Positions 36,401 through 49,199 of a DNA stretch of 64,000 nt are shown here, in pieces. This DNA comes from Hemiscyllium ocellatum (Eukaryota). The DNA is taken from positions 16,800,303 to 16,864,302 of the forward strand of contig NC_083409.1 in NCBI RefSeq assembly GCF_020745735.1, read 5' to 3'. The translations under genes and the position numbers were made by a program. Each line of letters starts with the position of its first letter. The stretch's first letter is position 1. Under the pieces are notes generated by a model, which saw only the letters and a program-made list of their open reading frames with translations, did not search any database and was not told the origin of the DNA.

Positions 36401-36790
36401 ATTCATGACAAGTTGGTCATGGTGAAAAAATCTCACTGAACATTTTTGAAGAGGAAACAAAATTACTGGACACAGTAATGTCAATGGATGTTGTTTATAG
36501 GGACTTCCAGAAGGCATTTGATAAAATCCCATGTAAGAAACTGTTCAACTCAGTTAGAAATCCACAGAATTGAGGCTAAAATACTGCCATACCGAAATTG
36601 GTTGACAGGTGACAGAAAATAGGGATCATGGATAAGTGCTGAAATTGGCAGGATGTGACCAGTGGTGTCCAATAGGAATGTGTGCGCACACCTCAATTAT
36701 TTACATTATTTATTAATGCATTGGATAATGGCATAGAAAGTCAGATACTCTAGTTTGCTAATGACACAAAGTTAGACAGCTTTGTAGGTA
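33465..36790 (+). mobile_element. CR1-clade LINE, decayed (Cys-rich ORF1 start plus ORF2)
   Basis: MCSNC...SKCWLLKALQLRVDELESEL, CCLPG, MGKFNF, PLNWKIAN, QHRF; interrupted by a SINE. Confidence 0.8.
35784..36062 (-). mobile_element. HE1-type SINE
   Basis: tRNA-like head (gtggttagcactgctgcctcacagcaccag on the minus strand), V-domain and tail. Confidence 0.82.
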
Positions 36791-36989
36791 GTGTTCATAG
36801 AGTCAGAGAGTCAGCATTCATCCAGTGCAATCTTTAACAGAGTATAATTTATCTTTGACATAGAACTCCTTGACTCCATCTCTCTCACTCATTCTCTCTC
36901 CCCACCCCTCTCTAACTCAGCTGCATAGATCTCACTCTGAGTTCCATTCCTCTTTCTCTGTCCAAGCTCTATCCCCCTCTCTCTTAGTG

Positions 36990-37029
<40 letters not shown>

Positions 37030-38458
37030 GTGCTCCATCTCTTGCTCTCTAAGCTGTATCCCTCCCTCCATTTCAGCTGCTGGGAGTTCGATCTGAGCCA
37101 ATGCCAGTGAATCCCATGGAGAATAATGACGGGATATTTGGAGTGTGAGTTTGATGATGTAAATGTGAACCATTGCAGCAAAGACATTACAGATGGTTTG
37201 TACAGACAGCAAAGCCCAAACCAGAGCATTGTGTCAATCAACACAGACCTAATGAAAGCTTCAATAAAATAATTATAAATGCGATTCTCAGAGATATCAT
37301 TATTCTAGTTACAAATGGCTATTTCTCAGTGAAGATCCATCCTGCTGAATATTAGATACAGCTGGGCTTTGAAGAAATATTGGGCAGATGGAGTGTAATG
37401 TGGGGGAGTGTGACCTTGTTCACTTTCATAATAATCATTCAAATGTGACTGGAGAGTTGTTAAGTCCACAGAGCAAAACTTGCCATTGGGTATAATCCAT
37501 TAGGTGTGATAAATACAGAACCTCGCTTAGTTCTAGTTATCAGTGAGTTCTTGTCAACATCCTTTTAACAAATCAATTTTATACAAGAATGACATACAAC
37601 AAACCCTCTCTATACAACCTTCTCAGCTGGGAATAGGGCATCCCATATGCCTTCTTCACCACCCTGTCTAGCTGCGCTGATACCTTCTGGGATTGATGGA
37701 GTTGTACACCAAGGTCCCTTTGTTCCTCAGTACTCCCAAGGAACATAAGAACATAAGAACTAGGAGCAGGAGTAGGCCATCTGTCCCTTCAACCCTGCTC
37801 TGCCATTCAATAAGATCATGGCTGATCTTTTCATGGACTCAGCTCCACATTAGACCATAAGACAAAGGAGTGGAAGTAAGGCCATTTGGCCCATCGAGTC
37901 CACTCCGTCATTCAATCATGGGTGATGGGCATTGAAGGACAGTTACCCACACTCTCCCTGTAGCCCTTAATTCATTCCAAGATTAAGAATTTATCAATCT
38001 CTGCCTTGAAGACATTTAATATTTCAGCCGCCAGTGCGCTCTGTGGCAATGAATTCCAAAGGCCCATCACTCTCTAGCTGAAGAAATGTCTCCTCAGTTA
38101 TGTTTTAAACTGACCCCCTCTAACTCTAAGGCTGTGCCCTCGGGTCCTAGTACTCCCACCTAATGGAAACAATTTCCCAGCATCCACCCTTTCAAAACCA
38201 TGCATTATCTTGTAAGTTTCTATTAGATCTCCCCTTCTAAAGTCGAATGAATACAATCCCAAGATCCTCAGCCATTCATCATATATTAGGATTACCATTC
38301 CAGGGCTCACCCATGTGAATCTCCACTGGACACGGTCCAGTGTCAATATGTCCTTCCTGAGGTGTGGGGCACAAAAGTGGACTAAATGGGGCCTAACCAG
38401 AGCTTTATAAAGTCTCAGTAGCACATCTCATTTTACATTCCAACCCTCTTGAGATAAA

Positions 38459-38623
38459 CTGGAGAAAGTGAGGACTGCAGATGCTGGAGATCAGAGCTGA
38501 AAAATGTGTTGCTGGACAAGTGCAACAGGTCAGGCAGCATCCAAGGAGCAGGAGAATTGATGTTTCAGGCATAAGCCCTTTTTCATTCCTGCTGCGCATT
38601 TTCAGCAACACATTTTTCAGCTC
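38459..38623. mobile_element. Partly palindromic PLE-end insertion in a CR1
   Basis: TSD GAGATAAA at 38451-38458 and 38624-38631. Confidence 0.82.
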
Positions 38624-39547
38624 GAGATAAATGACAACATTACATTTGCTTTCTTAACCACGGATTCAACCTGCAAGTTAACCTTTAGAGAATCCGGGAC
38701 TAGCATTCCCAGATCACTTTGTACTTTGGCTTTATGAATGTTCTCACCGTTTCGAAAATTGTCCATGCCTGTAGTCTTTTTTCTGAAGTTCAAGACTTGG
38801 CATTTACTCTCACTGTATCTCTTAATTCCTTTATTGTTCAAAAAAATCTACTTAGCTTTAAAACATTTACTGAAGTAGCATCAATTTCTTCATTGAGCAA
38901 GGAATTTCATAGATTTATGACCCTCTGGATAAGAGGTTCCTTCTCAATTCAGTCCTAAATCTGCTCCCCCTAATTTTGAGGTTAAACCCTCTTGTTTTAG
39001 TTTCACCTGCCAGTGAGGACATCCTCTCTACTTCTGTCTTATCTATTCTCTTTATAATTTTATTTGTTTCTATAAGATTCCCCTCATTCTTCTAAGTTCC
39101 AATGAATAGATCCCAGTCTACACAGTCTCCCTTCATAAGCGAAACCCCTCCACCCCAGAATCAGCCTGGTGAACTTTCTCTGCACCCCTCTAGTGCCAGT
39201 ATTGCCTTTTTCAAGTAAGGAGACCATTACTGCATGCAGTACTCCAGGTGTGGTCTCACCAGCACCCTGTACAGCTGCAACATAATCTTCCCGCTTTTTG
39301 AACTCAATCCCTTTAGCAATGAAGGACAAAATTCCATTTGCCTTCCTAATTGCTTGTTTTATCTGTAGACCAACCCTCTGTGATTCATGCATAAGGATAC
39401 TCAAGGTACATGCCTTTCATTGTGTATATCCTTCCCTTATTAGACCTCCCAAGTTGGATCACCTCAGAGGTATCAGGATTAAATTACATCTGCCATTGCT
39501 CTGCCCAATTTACCAGCTGACCAATATCAGACTGTAGCCTGAGACCC

Positions 39548-40405
39548 AGTAATCCAAGATGGCCGCAGAGTCAGACACTTCAGAACGAGTTCATCTGCTC
39601 CGTCTGTTTCCTTTTCTTCTTTCTATCCCACTTCTCTTTTCCTTTTCTTTTGTGTTTTTCTTTTGTCCTTCTCCCTAATTTCTTCTCCCGGACTCGGACT
39701 CGCAGCCTCAGTTGCCAGGCCTCTGACCCAGTGCAGACCTAATGATGTGGCCTCTTGGCTTGATGTGGCAGTGTCCTGGCCTGGCAGGGAGATCTACCAG
39801 AGCTGAAAATGTGTTGCTGGAAAAGCGCAGCAGGTCAGGCAGCATCCAAGGAACAGGAGAGTCGGCGTTTCCGGCATGAGCCCTTCTTCAGGGATACCTT
39901 CCAGCCCAACGAGGCAGTCCAACATGATGGCCTCTGTTTGATGTGGTGGCCTCTCAGCCCAGCATGCTAGACTGTCAGCCCAGCGTGATGGTCACTCGGC
40001 CTAGTGTAGCGATCTCTGAGTGGCCCAGAGTGGTTCTCTCTCAGCCCACATAGTGGTCCTTTCTGTATATGGTGGTCTCTCCACCCGGGAAGGCCTCAGC
40101 GTGGACTTCCGGTCTCGAGATGATGATTTAAAGAATGATCCCATGGTAGCTAAGTTCTTAAGAAATGCTGTAATGTTTGAACTTTCAGCTTTATTTCTTC
40201 ATTTTCTACTTAAAACTAAAAAAGATCTGCAACGTGTAACCTTGAACTTTATTCTTTCTTTCTACCTTGTTCTTACGATTCTGTACTGAGGTCCTTGTAC
40301 CTAAGATGGCACCTTGTGAGGTGACGTTACATACTTTTCACTGTACTCCAATACTTTTGCAATCGAGAACACGTGACAATAAACTTAAATAAAAATCAAA
40401 TCAAT
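39548..40405 (+). mobile_element. Non-coding SINE-like element with internal short repeats and AATAAA/(AAATC)n tail
   Basis: Interrupts a CR1 whose sequence resumes on the other side. Begins caagatggcc and ends cacgtgacaataaac...aaatcaaatc. Confidence 0.6.
39790..39893 (-). mobile_element. Single-arm PLE-end fragment with degenerate hammerhead
   Basis: Same ctggaaaagcgcagcaggtcaggcagcatcc family; the minus strand reads CTGAAGAAGGGCTCATGCCGGAAACGCC. Confidence 0.75.
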
Positions 40406-40629
40406 ATCAATAGCACCACCAATTTATGTGGCCTCTGAAAACTTTCTAATTTTACAATCACAGTCAATTTGTTAATGTACATTACAAACAGCAAGGGTCC
40501 CAGCCCCAATCCCTGTCTTACACCACTGGTCACAGGCTTCCAATCACAAAGACAAACCTCTCCCATCACTCTTTGCCTCATATTTGGATCCAATTTGCCA
40601 AAATGCCTTGGATCCCATGGGCTCTTACC

Positions 40630-43600
40630 ATAACTCCAGGAAAGGCAAGAGAGGTAGGCAAGTAGTGCAGGAGTCTTCTGTGGTTATTCCCATTTCAAAC
40701 AAGTATGCTGTTTTGGAAAATGTAGGGGGTGATGGAAACTCAGGGGTACTTAGCATGAGCAGCCAAGTTTCTGGTATTGACACTGGCTCTAATGTAATGG
40801 GAGGTACGTCGGGTTCCAAACAATCGACTGTGTTAGGGGACTCTCTAGCCCGAGGTACAGACAGACATTTCAGTGGCCAGCAGTAAAAAATCAGAATGGT
40901 GTGTTGCTTCCCTGGTGCCAGGATCAAAGATGTCTCCGGGAGGGTGCAGAATGTTCTTAAGTGGAGAGAGACCAGCAGGAGGTCTTGTACACTTTGGAAC
41001 CAACGACATAGGAAGGGAAAAGGTTGAGATTCTGAAGGGAGATTGCAGAGAGTTAGGCAGGAATTTAAAAAAGGAGGTCCTCAAGAGTAGTAATATCTGA
41101 ATTACTACTGGTGCTATGAGCTAGTGAGGGCAGGAACAGGAGGATAGAGCAGATGAATGCATGGCTGAGGAGCTGGTGTATGGGAGAAGGATTCACATTT
41201 TTAGATCTTTGGAAGCTGTTTTGAGGTAGAAGTGACCTGTACAAGAAGGACAGATTGCACCTAAATTGGAAGGGGACTAATATACTGGCAGGGAGATTTG
41301 CTAGAGCTGCTCGGGAGGATTTAAACTAGTAAGGTGGGCGGGTGGGACCCAGGGAGATAGTGAGGAGAGATTTCAACCTGAGATTGGTAAAGTTGAGAAC
41401 AAAGGCAAGTCAATCAGTCAGGGCAGGCGGGGACAAAGCAGAGAACAAGGTAAGACTGATAAATTAAACTGCATTTATTTCAGTGCAAGAGGCCCAACAG
41501 GGAAGGAAGATGAACATGGGGCGTGGTTAGGATCATGGGACTGGGATATCATAGCAATTACAGAAACATGGTTCAGGGATGGGCAGGACTGGCTGTTTAA
41601 TGTTCTAGGATACAAATGCTACAGGAAGGACAGAAAGGGAGGCACAAGAGGAGGGAGAGTGGCATTTTTGATAAGGGATAGCATTACAGCTGTACTTAGG
41701 GAGGATATTCCCAGAAATACATCCAGGGAAGTTATTCGGATGGAACTGAGAAAAAAGAAGGGGATGATCACCTTGTTGGGATTATAATATAGCTCCCCTC
41801 CAGTAGTCAGCGGGAAATTGACAAACAAATTTGTAAGGAGATTTCAGTTATCAGTAAGAATAATGGGGTGGTTATAGGAGGGGATTTTAACTTTCCAAAC
41901 ATAGACTGTGACTGCTATAGTGTGAAGGGTTTAGATGTAGAGGAATTTGTTAAGTGCGTACAATACAATTTTCTGATTCAGAATGTGGATGTACCTACTA
42001 GAGACGGTGCAAAGCTCAACCTTGGAAATAATGCAGGGCAGGTGACTGAGGTGTCAGTGGAGGAGCACTTTTGGTCAGCGACCATAATTCTATTCATTTT
42101 AAAATAGTGAAGGAAAAGGATAGACCAGATCCAGAAGTTGGAGTTCTAAATTGGAGGAAGGCTAATTTTGCCAGTATTAGGCAAGAACTCTGAAAAGCTG
42201 ATTGGGGGCAGTTGCTCGCAGGTCATGGGACAGCTGGAAAATAGGAAGCCTTCAGAAATGAGATAAATTGAGCCCAGAGATAGTATATTCTAGTTACGGT
42301 GAAAGGAAAGGCTGGTAGGTGTAGGGGATATTGGATGATGAGAGAAGTTGAGGGTTTGGTTGAGAAAAAGGATGAAGCATATGCCAGGTATAGACAGGAT
42401 AGATTGAGTGAATCCTTAGATGGATACAAAGGCAGTAGGAGTACACTTAAGATGGAAATCAGGAGGGCAACAACATGAGATAGCTTTGGCAAATAGGGTT
42501 AAGGAGAATACAGAGGGGTTTTATGAATACATTAAGGACAAGAGGGTAACTAAGGAGAGAATAGGGCCCCTCAAAGATCAGCAAGGCGACCTTTGTGTGG
42601 AGCAGCAGGAGATGGGGCAGATACCAAATGAGTATTTTGCTTCACTTTAACTGTGGAGAAGGATATTGAAGATATAGAATGCAGGGAAATAGATGGTGAT
42701 ATCTTGAAAAATGTTCATATTACAGATGAGGAGGTGCCAGATGTCTTTGAAATGCATAAATGTGGATAAATCCCCAAGACCTAATTAGGTATACCCTAGG
42801 ACTCTGTCGGAAGCTAGGGAAGTGATTGCTGGGCCTCTTACTGTGATATTTGTATCCTCAATAGTCACAAATGATGTGCCAGAAGACTGGAGGTTCACTA
42901 ATTGGTGCCACTACTTAAGAAAGGTGGTAAGGACAAGCCAGGGAACTGTAGACCAGTGAGCCAGACGTCAATTGTGAGGAAGTTATTGGAAGGAATCCTG
43001 AGGGACAGATTGTCCATAAATTTGGAAAGGCAAAGACTGATTAGGGATAGTCAGCATGGTTCTGTGCATGGGAAATCATGTCTCACAAACTTGATTGAGT
43101 TTTTTGAAGAAGTAACAGAAAGAATTGATGAGGGCAGAACATTAGACTGGATCTGTACGGACTTCAGTAAGACATTCAACAAGGTTCCCCATGGAAGATT
43201 GGTTAGCAAGGTTAGATCTCATGGAATACAGTTAGAACTAGCCATTTGGATACAGAACTGGCTCAAAGGTAGAAGACAGTGGGTGATGGTGGAGGGTTGT
43301 TTTTCAGACGGGACGTCTCTGACCAGTGGAGTGTCATAAGGATTGGTGCTGGGCAACTACTTTTTGTCATTTACATAAATGATTTGGATGTGAACATAGG
43401 AGGTAGAGTTAGTAAGTTTGCAAATGACACCAAAATTGGAGGTGTAGTGGACAGCGAAGAAAGTTACCTCAGATTACACCAGGATCTTGATCTGATGGGC
43501 CAATGGGCTGAGGAATGGCAGGTGGAGTTTAATTCAGATAAATGCAAGGTGCTGCAGTTAGGAAAGCAAATCTTAGCAGGACTTATACACTTAATGGTCA

Positions 43601-44330
43601 GGTTCTCGGGAGTGTTGCTGAACAAAGAGACCTTGGAGTGCAGGTTCATAGCTCTTTGAATGTAGAGTCGTAGGTAGGTAGGATAATGAAGACGACATTT
43701 GGTATGCTTTACTTTATTGATTAGAGAATTGAGTATGGGTGTTGGGAGGTCACCTAAACCACTTTTGGAGTATTGTGTTCAATTCTGATCTCCTTCCTAT
43801 CAGAAAGATGTTGTGAAACTAGAAAGGGTTCAGAAAAGATTTACAAGGATGTTACTAGGGTTGGAGGATTTAAGCTATACGGAGAAGTTAAATAGACTAG
43901 GGATGTTTTCCCTTGAGTGAGGTGTGACCTTACAGAGGTCCCTGCTGAGGGGTGACCTTACAGAGGTTTACAAAATCATGAGGGACATGGATTGGGCAAA
44001 GAGACCAAGTCTTTTCCCTGAGCTGGTGGAGTCCAGTAATAGAGGGCATGGGTTTAGGGTAAGAGGGGAAAGATATAAAAGAGACTTGAGAAGCAACTTT
44101 TTCACGCACAGAGTGGTGCAAGTGCAGAATGGGGCTGCCAGAGGAAGTGGTAGAGGCTGGTACAATTACAACATTTAAAAGGCATCTGAATGGGTATATG
44201 AATAGGAAGGGTTTGGAGGGAACTGGGCCAGGTGTTGGCAGGTGGGACTAGATTGGGTTGGGATGTCTGGTTGGCATGGACAAGTTGGACCTTAGGGTCT
44301 GTTTCCATGCTGTACATCTCTATGACTCTA
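40630..44330 (+). mobile_element. Near full-length CR1 LINE, disrupted
   Basis: Esterase-like ORF1 (VLGDSLARGTDRHF, CFPGAR, VHFGTND); ORF2 GDFNFPNIDC, PLLKKGGKDKPGNCRPVS, QHGSVHGKSCLTNLIEFFEEVT, YINDLD...SKFANDTKIGG. Confidence 0.92.
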
Positions 44331-44400
44331 GAAGGAGGCTGTTCAGCCCCTTGTGTCAGTACTAGCTGTTTACTAACCTCACTCACAATGAACATCTCCA

Positions 44401-44952
44401 CTGAATTCTGGATGAGTGGTGCTGGAAGAGCACAGCCATTCAGCCAGCATCCGAGGAGCAGCGAAATCGATGTTTCGGGCATAAGCCCTTCATCAGGAAT
44501 AAAGGCAGTGAGCCTGAAGCGTGGAGGGATAAGCTAGAGGAGGGTGGGGGTGGGGAGAAAGTAGCATAGAGTACAAGCAAATGTGTCTGTGGTAGCGAGT
44601 TTGTTTCATGAAATGTTTGAAGAGCTTCAGGGCAGAGGAAATGACCTGGGAGTTGCAGTGGGAGAGGGACTCCCTGAGATTATTGTAGAGAGAAGCTCTT
44701 CAACCATGTCATGAAACAAACTCGCTCCCACAGCCACATTTGCTTGTACTCTATGCTACTTTCTCCCCACCCCCACCCTCCTCTAGCTTATCTCTCCACA
44801 CTTCAGGCTCACTGCCTTTATTCCTGATGAAGGGCTTTAGCCCGAAACGTCGATTTCGCTGCTCCTCGGATGCCACCTGAACTGCTGTGCTCTTCCAGCA
44901 CCACTCATCCAGAATCTGGTTTCCTGCATCTGCAGACATTGTTTTTATCTCT
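44401..44952. mobile_element. Palindromic PLE-end insertion (arms 44405-44625 and 44695-44914)
   Basis: About 220-bp inverted arms, each with a hammerhead motif; decayed 13-bp TSD; empty site in the paralogous arm at 33266-33278. Confidence 0.85.
44824..44851 (+). ncRNA. Minimal type I hammerhead ribozyme motif, core intact
   Basis: CTGATGA-A-GGGC(TTTA)GCCC-GAAAC-GTC: conserved core, perfect 4-bp helix II, palindromic ACGT helix III and a GUC cleavage triplet, as known for PLE ribozymes. Confidence 0.75.
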
Positions 44953-45899
44953 GTTGAACGTCTATTGTTGGGAAGTAATTAAATCTGTTTAGAGACAGAA
45001 TGTCTGACAAATGTGAACAGATCAGAGTAAGTCAGCATGGATTAAAAAGGGTCAGACATCTTTAACTAACCTGGTTACATGTTTTAACGAGGTCACTAAT
45101 GTGTGAGATAAGGGAATGTGTTGTTTATATGGACGTCCAGATGACATTCAAGGAAGTTCTGCACAAGTGTTATAATGTTATCGTTGGAACAAAGAGATGA
45201 CAGATAAACATATTCTGGATCTTTCTGCACAAATGAATTCTCAAATAAATCTCAGACACGTTGGTGAACTTGGGGTTTTATCAGAGGAAGGAGCTGAGGG
45301 AAGTCAGTTGTTGGAGAAAAATGGTTCTGGGTAAATTAGAATGTCTTAAATCAGGAGGGCCAAATAATCTATTTTCAGGAGTGCTTCAGGAAGTGGTTGT
45401 AAAATATGAGAAACATTGATGGTTATCTGTTTGTCGACTGTGGAATAGGTCCTACAAAATGGAGGGAGTTAATTTAACACGCCTATTGAAAGAGAGAGAG
45501 AGAGAGAGAGGGAAAATAAGAAATTTTAGACCAATTAGCCAGAAGTCAGCAGTGGAGAAAATGCTTAAGTTCATTATAAAATATTTTATAGCTTAGCACT
45601 TTGAAAACAGTGGCAGAACTGGACAGAGTCGGCATGAATTGTCGAAAGGGAAATCATGCTTAAAAAATCGACTGGAATTGTTTGAGGATGTAGTGAGTAG
45701 ATTTGATAAGGTGGGGGCCCATGGATATGGTTTGTTTGGACTGTGTAAGGGGAATAGATCGGCGGTTCTGTGGTCAAATACAAGACTCACGAATAGCATG
45801 TTGCCTCCCAGTTGTACAGCTCAGGGATGTCTCAGATCGGCTGCAGGACATTCTGAAGGGGTGGGTGAACAGCTAGCTGTGATAGTGCATGAAGGGACT

Positions 45900-48800
45900 G
45901 ATGATATCGTAATAAATGGAATGGGGTCCTACAAGCAGAATTTATGGAGTGAGGAACCATATTAAAATGTAGGATCTCAGAGGTAGTAATCTCAGGATTG
46001 CTCCCAGTGCCATGTGCTAGTCAGAGTCGAAATGAAAATATAGGCAGGGTGAATGCGTGGCTTGAGAGATGGTGCAGGAGGGAGGGTTCAGATTTTTGGG
46101 ACATTGGGACTGGTTCCTGGGGAGGTGGGACAATTACAAATTGAGCGGTCTACACCTGGGCAGGACTGGAACCAGTGTCCTGTGGGATATGTTTGATCAC
46201 GCTCTTGGGGAGGGTTCAAAATAGTGTAGCAGAGGGATGGGAACCAAATGAGGAGGTTAGTGGGCAATAAGGAGGGAGTAACTAAAGCCTGTCAGGAACT
46301 AGATATTGAAGTCAGTGTGACTAAGGTTAAGAGTAGGTAGGGAGCAGATGATGAACGCAAAGGGACAGATGGTCTGAGATGCATTTGTTTTAATGTGAGA
46401 AGCGTAGTAGGTAAGGCAGAGGAATTTAGGGCTTGGACTAGTATCTGGGAGTATGATGTTATTGCTATTACTGAGACGTGGTTGAGGGAATGGCAAGATT
46501 GGCAACTAAATATCCCAGGATACAGATGTATCAGATGCGTTCGAGAGGGAAGTAAAAGGGATGGAGGAGTTGCATTACTGGTCAGAGAGAATATCACAGG
46601 TGTGGTGAAGGAGGGCACTATGGAGGACTCAAGCAGTAGGGCAATATGGGCAGAGGTCAGAAACAGGAAGGATGCAGTAACAATGTTGGTGCTATCCTAC
46701 AAGTCTCCTAACAGTGAACGTGAGATAGAGGTACAAATATGTAAACAGATTATGGAAAGATGTAGGAGTAACAAGGTGGTGGTGATGGAAGATTTTAATT
46801 TTCCCAACATTGACTGGGATTCACTTCATGTTAGAAGTTAAGATGGAGCAGAATTTGTAAGAAGCATCCAGGAGGATTTCACAGAGTAATGTGGAAGTAA
46901 TCTAACTTAGGAAGGGGCCATACTGGGCTGGTGTTGGGGAATGAGCCCGGCCAGGTGATTGAAATTTCAGTCGGGGATTACTTTGGAAGAATGATCACAA
47001 TTCCATACGTTTTAGAATGCTCATGGATAAAGATGAGAGTGGTCCTAAAGGAAGAGGGCTAAAGTGGAGGAAGGCCAACTATCCCAAAATTTGGAAGGAG
47101 CTGGGGAATGTGGATTGGGAGCAGCTGTTTAAAGGGAAATCCACATTTGATATGTGGGTGGCTTTTAAAGAGAGGTTGACTAGAGTCAGGACAGACATGT
47201 CCCTGTGAAAATAAAGGATTGAAATGGCATGATTAGGAAACGCTGGATGACAGATGAAATTGTGAGACTAGCTAAGAGGAAAAAGGATGCATACATAAGG
47301 TCTAAGTGGCTGAAAACAGACAAAGCTTTGGAAGAATATCGTGAAAGTAGGACCAATCTGAAGTGAGGAATTAAAAGGGCTAAAGGGGTCACAAAATATC
47401 ATTAAGGAAAATCCCAAATCCTTTTATTCATACATAAGGAGCAAGAGGATGACTCGAGAAAGGGTTGGCCCACTCAAGGATAAAGGAGGAAAGTTATGTG
47501 TGGAGTCAGAAAATGGATGAGATTCTTAATGAGTGCTTTACGTCGGTATTCACCAAGGAGAGGGAAATGACAGATGTTGAAGTTGGGGATAGGTGTTTGA
47601 TTACTCAAGGTCAAGTCGATTTAAGTAGGGAGGAAGTGTTGGGTATTTTAAAAGGCATCAAGGTGAACAAGTCCCCAGGTCAGGATGGGATCGATCCCAG
47701 CTTACTGAGGGAAGCAAGAGAGGAAATAGCTGGGGCCTTAATCGATATCTTTGTAGCAACCCTGAACATGGATGAGGGTCCCAGAGGACTGGAGAATTAC
47801 TAATGTTTAAGAAGGGTAGCCAGGATAATCCAGGTAACTATCAACCAGTGAGCCTGATGTAGTGGTAGGGAAGCTGCTGGAGAAGATACTGAGGGATAAG
47901 ATCTATTTACTTTTGGAAGAAAATTGACTTATCAGTTATAGGCAGCATGAAGTTGTGCAGGGAATGTCATGTCTTACCAACTTTATAGATTTTTTTGAAG
48001 AACTGATGAAGTTGATTGAGGAGGGATGGGCTGTGGATGTCATACGCATGGACTTCAGTAAGGTGTTTGATAAAGTTCCCCATGCTAGCCTGATAAAGAA
48101 ATTTAAGTCGCATGGGGTCCAGAGTGTACTCACTAGATGGGTAGAGAACAGGTTGGGCAACAGAAGACAGACAGTAGTGGTGGGAGTACTTTCTCAAAAT
48201 GGAGAACAGGAATCCGTGCTGGTACCGCTCTTGTTTTTGATCTCCATAAATGATCTGGAGGAAGGTATAGGTGGTCTGATTAGCAAGTTTGCAGATGACA
48301 CTAATATTGGTGGAGTAGCAGATAGTGAAGTGGACTGTCAGAGAATGTAGCAGAATATAGACAGATTGGACAGTTGGGCAGAGAAACGGATGGATGGAGT
48401 TCAAACCAGGCAAATGCGATCTGATGAATTTTGGAAGATCCAAATCTGGAGTAAACTGTACGGTGAATGGAACACCCTGGGAAAATTGATGCCCAGAGCG
48501 ACCTGGGTGTTCAGGTCCATTGTACCCTGGAGGTGACAACACAGGTCGACAGAGTGGTCAAGAAGGCATATGGCACATCTTCCTTCACCAGACGTGGTAT
48601 TCAGTACAAGAGTTGGAAGGTCATATTAGAATTATATCAGACTTTGGCTTGGCCACATTTGGAATACTGCGTACAGTTCTGGTTGCCACATTACCAGAAA
48701 GATGTGGATGCTTTGGAGAGGGTGTAGAGGAGGTTCACCAGGATTGCCTGGTGTGGAGGGCACGAGCTATGAAGAGAGACTTAGTAGATTAGGATTATTT

Positions 48801-49180
48801 TCATTAGAAAGTCAAATGTTGAGGGGGGACCTGATTGGGGTCTACAAAATCATGAGAGATATAGACAGGGTGGATAGCAAGAAGCTTTTTCCCAGAGTGG
48901 GGGACTCAATTACTCGGGGGTCATGAGTTCAAGGTGAGAGTGGAAATATTTAAGGGAGATATGTATGGAAAGTTCTTCACACAGAAAGTGATTGGTCCTG
49001 GAACACGTTGCCAGTGGAGGTGGTAGAGGCAGGTACAATAGCATCGTTTAAGATATATCTAGATAGATACATGGATGGGCAGGGAGCAAAGGGAGACAGA
49101 CCCTTGGAAAATTGATGACAGGTTTAGATGGAGGATATGGACCAGTGCAGGCTAGTAGGGCCGAAGGGCCAGTTCTTGTG
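45900..49180 (+). mobile_element. Near full-length CR1 LINE, disrupted
   Basis: YDVIAITETWL...EDFNFPNIDW (46395-46841), SCLTNFIDFFEE...SKFADDTNIGG (47955-48350), 3' tail. Confidence 0.92.
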
Positions 49181-49199
49181 CTGTAATTTTCGTTGCTCT

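Larger units (their letters stand above)
37745..40620 (-). mobile_element. Nested CR1 3' fragments
   Basis: LYKALVRPHL...APHLRKDILTLDRVQWRFT (38098-38424), ANGILSFIAKGIEFK (39084-39404). Confidence 0.85.

Noticed and set aside
36860-37400. Possible exon after a pyrimidine tract at the palindrome centre
   Set aside because: All three frames after the ttcag acceptor hit stops quickly, and no Ig or other motif was recognisable.
40630-49180. Active LINE reverse transcriptase genes
   Set aside because: All RT and endonuclease frames are broken into short pieces by stops and frameshifts.
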